From Camelus dromedarius (taxonomy: Eukaryota): DNA of 64,000 bases. The position numbers and the translations under genes were made by a program. The stretch covers positions 83,514,001-83,578,000 of the forward strand of contig NC_087443.1 in the NCBI RefSeq assembly GCF_036321535.1. Reading direction: 5' to 3'. This document shows, piece after piece, positions 60,665-64,000 of the stretch (position 1 is its first letter; every line of letters begins with the position of its first letter). Under the pieces are notes generated by a model, which had not been told where the DNA came from, did not search any database, and worked only from the letters and a program-made list of their open reading frames with translations.

Positions 60665-63181
60665 TTACTGCTAAAACGTGCAGACACGTAGACACACACG
60701 CACGCACGCACGCATGGACAAGAGGTCCCAAGCGGCTGTGGCAGAAGCCAAGCACCACCTGTCCCCTCGGTGCCCCGGGGGCTGCTCTCCTTGCAGCCTA
60801 GCTGTGCACAAGCTGGTGTGGTCAGCGGAGACCCCAGGCTTCCACCGCCTCTGGGCACCTTCTAGCTAACGGGGGCAGCAGAGTCATTCCCAGAGGCAGC
60901 TCCCAGCGTTGAGATCCCACCTGAAGGGATCCAGGAACGTTTCCTACCAGCCTGCATCCTGGAAGAGGGCAGAGAAAGGGCCGGGGTGGGGCTGGGTGTG
61001 TCGCGGGTCAGCAGCTCCGGCTCTTCTGTGCCCGGTGGTGGCGTGACCTCCCTGGAGCTTCTGCCAGGGCACGTCCCCTTCCCGCAGGCACCCCTCTAGG
61101 TGCAGCCGTGCTGTGTGGCTGCCCCACACCCAGCACGCTTACCAGTTCTTGAGACGACCCCCAAGTATTCAGATTCGTGGCTGTGCCAGATCCAAGTGCT
61201 GTTGGAGTCTGGTCAGTGCGGAAAGCTTGACATGAGGGTGATGTTTCTGTCCCGTCCAGGGCCTGCTGACAGCTCGCACTGCAGAGTGGCATGAGGGTCT
61301 GGACCAGCCACAGTCCGTGTCCAGGTGGGTGTCTGAGGCTGAGCACGGCCAGGCTGGGCCCGTCAGGAAGAACTGAGTTGCCCAAGGTGCCACCCTGATG
61401 GGTCCCCATTTGAGACTTTGAAATGGTCATGCTGCCTCCAAGGCCCCAGCCAGGGCTTGGCCACCACCTGCTGGTCTTTGGGAGCGTCAAGCTCGATCTG
61501 GGAGGATGGGGGTCATCTGAGCACCGCAGGCAAGAATGCTGGCAGTGTGGACACAGGAGGCTGCAGGGAGCTGCTTCCTGCAGCTTAGCGCCTGGGTCTT
61601 CGGAGAAGAATGCTCGGTCCAGGTCCCACAACAGCTTGGTGACCCTCCCCCTAACCAGAGATGTGTGCCAGCTGGGGGAGAGCAGAGGTGGCAGGGCTGC
61701 AGGGAGATGCTGGTCTCAGTGCTGGTGTCTGTCAGCTGAGTCCAAAGGCCCCCAGTCCGAGGGGTGGAGGCAGATTCTGGGAGGCAACCCAGCAGTGGGT
61801 GAGACTCTTGCCAGCACCAGAGACCAGGCCCAGGAGCCGAGCCCCAGAGCCGTCCTGCTGACGGGCAAGAGGATGGAGCGGGAGGGCATGTGAAAGAGCC
61901 AGGGGCCACGCTGAGCTCGTGGCCAGTGGACCAGGCTGGCAGCTTGAGGGGAAGGCACCAAGAGGCAAAGGGCTGGACAGGCCTTACACACAGGTGTTGG
62001 GTGCCAGAGGTGCACCCGTGTCACGACCTGCCCAATGTTTCTTCAGAGGCTGCTCTGGGCTGTGTCCTGACGGTCACAGGGTGTGGAGGGAGCGCAGCTT
62101 CCCCTGGGCCTTCGGCTGGAAGGCGCCTCACATCTGGTGGTACTTGCTGGGTGCTGGGCCCTGGAGAGGCCCGCCTCCCTCCAGGGAGTGGGTCTGACTG
62201 CAGCCTCGGCTCCTCCATCTCACTCGCTCTCGGCTTCCCAGGGGGCTGCGGGCTGGGGCCCTGCTGCCCGCCTCAGTTGCTGCGCCTGGGAGGGAACAGC
62301 GGCTGCCCATCCCTGAGCACTGGCCGCGCTCATTGCAGAGTGTGAACCTGGAGCTCAGAGGGAACACAAAACTCTTGGCGTTTAAACAGAATGTTTTTTT
62401 CCCCAAACTATGTCCAAGGAGAGTTAAGTGACTTGTTTCAAGTCAGAGCAAAGTGGTTCTAAGTGAGCCCTGGCAGTGTGTCTCAGAGCATCTGCCCAGG
62501 GGAGAGCACGGTCCCCGGGCCATTCCCGTGAGCGAGTGTGTCCTGGGAGCCATCCAGAGAACTGCATGGTCATGCCTGGGCTTGGAAATCCACAGAGCCC
62601 TCTCTAGACAGGCAACCAGCATGCTGCAGACTGTGAGGGAAACCTCTCCCCCAGGTCCCCAAGACCTTGGTCCACGGAGACTGCTTCTGGAAGGAGGCCA
62701 CGATGTCCTAGGGCTGTGGCAGGAAGAGCCACTTTCTGTGTCCAGGGTGGGATCAGAGGACCTGGGGTGGCCTGAACAGCCTGGCCTTGGCACTTCTCTT
62801 TGGCCGGTTCCGCAGAGTGGTGGGCAGCTGGCCGGGATGGTATAGGAACCGAAAGACACCCGCCTTTCTGGCTGGGGAGGACCTCCAAGTGGTAGGCAGG
62901 GCATCCCAAGGCTGATGGGCCAAGGCTCCCCTTGGTGGGTGGGGAGGCTGGGGAGGCGCTTGGGCAGGAGAGGGAACAGGAGGCGGCCTCCGGGTCCCAG
63001 TAGGAGAGGCTGCAGCTCCTGGCTGGACTGGCCCGAACCGCCCACGCAGCTCCCCTGGACTCGGAGGCCGTGGGCAGTGGAGGGAAGGGGCGCTTGGCAC
63101 TGGGTGGCCTCTGGGGTGGGCCGCGGCGCCTTTGGGGAGGGCGCAGGCTGGGAGCAGATCTGGCCCCGAGCCCAGCCGTGT

Positions 63182-63628
63182 CTAGGTCCTCAGCAGCCCC
63201 AGGGCGCCCAGGGCACCGCCCAGCAGCAGGCAGAGGCGTGCGCCGCGCGTGGGCCCCGCGTCCGAAGTCCACCACGCCCGGTAACTGTAGACAACCCGGC
63301 TCGTTCCGTTGCCGCCGGGTGCCCCGTCCTCGTCGTCCTCCAGGCCCCGCTCCCAGGGCCCCGCCGCCCTCCAGCTGGAACCCGCGGCCAGGCCTGCCGC
63401 CGCCCCGGCCGCCGCGCCCGCCGCCGCCCCCGCAGCCACGCGCAGGGAGGAGCCGCCGTAGCGGGGCGCCGGCCTCACGCGCACCCTCGGGGCCCCGCGC
63501 GCGCCCCCGCGCAGCCCTCCCCGGGCGCTGCCGCGAGCCCCGCCACGGCCACCCTTGGCCGCGCCGCTGTCGCAGAGGAAGGCAGCGGCCAGCAGCAGAG
63601 CCCAGCACGCGGCGGCCGTCCAGTTCAT
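63182..63628 (-). CDS. SPRN: Shadow of prion protein (Shadoo), single coding exon, 148 aa
   Basis: Signal peptide, RGG repeats, hydrophobic AAGAAAGAAAG tract, NGT sequon and GPI signal. Acceptor cag| at 63645-63647 with a short 5'UTR. Confidence 0.98.
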   Translation of the reverse strand: MNWTAAACWALLLAAAFLCDSGAAKGGRGGARGSARGGLRGGARGAPRVRVRPAPRYGGSSLRVAAGAAAGAAAGAAAGLAAGSSWRAAGPWERGLEDDEDGAPGGNGTSRVVYSYRAWWTSDAGPTRGARLCLLLGGALGALGLLRT

Positions 63629-64000
63629 CTTCGTGGGGTAAAACCTGCCGGAAGACGGAGGAAGGGACCTCAGCTTCTGTGAGGACCAGGGAGCTCAGGG
63701 TCTGGGGACAAGGGGCTCAAGGCTGGGGGCCGGGGGCTCGGCATCTTGGAGGACCACCCGCTCAGGGCTGGAGGGGGCTGGCAGGAGGGGGTGTTAATGC
63801 TGGAGGGTTAGGGGCTCAGGCCTGGGGTGGGGGCGGGATCTCGTTCGGTAACTGGGAAGGGGTGCGTGGGGGTGAGAGGGTTCAGCACTTGGGGGTTATT
63901 CTGTGCCTGGAGGGTGGTCAGCAGCCTGCGGTGGGGTGAGGGCTCCGTCCTGGGGAGGGGCCTGCATATTCTAGGCTGCTCTGGAAGGACTGTTCAGGCC

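Noticed and set aside
62604-63939. Overlapping 255-334 aa ORFs around SPRN
   Set aside because: Alternative-frame shadows of the extremely GC-rich SPRN exon.

Overview
Mammalian genomic DNA, most likely a camelid (two Vic-1-like tRNA-derived SINEs and cetartiodactyl-type L1 3' ends). The window is GC-rich and syntenic with human 10q26.3. Six intact-looking protein-coding genes were reconstructed exon by exon from splice sites and reading phase: PRAP1 (+, 5 exons, 132 aa), FUOM (-, 6 exons, 157 aa), ECHS1 (-, 8 exons, 290 aa), PAOX (+, 7 exons, 512 aa), MTG1 (+, 11 exons, 324 aa, with an AT-AC U12-type intron 2) and SPRN (-, single coding exon, 148 aa). The first ~4.4 kb is an old mitochondrial insertion (NUMT: ND4, tRNA-His/Ser/Leu, ND5). 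It is interrupted by one L1 and two solo LTRs and ends about 250 bp before the putative PRAP1 TATA box. Old repeats and parts of the NUMT are strongly shifted toward GC. The most interesting leads are the NUMT/LTR mosaic upstream of PRAP1, a DR4-like tandem array in PRAP1 intron 2, and a MER21-like LTR abutting the U12 donor of MTG1. Others are candidate unannotated + strand exons between ECHS1 and PAOX, phase-compatible PAOX-MTG1 read-through, and changes at the Shadoo GPI-anchor site. No wholly new biological system could be demonstrated. Comparisons to human, cattle, mtDNA and repeat consensus sequences are from memory and need checking.
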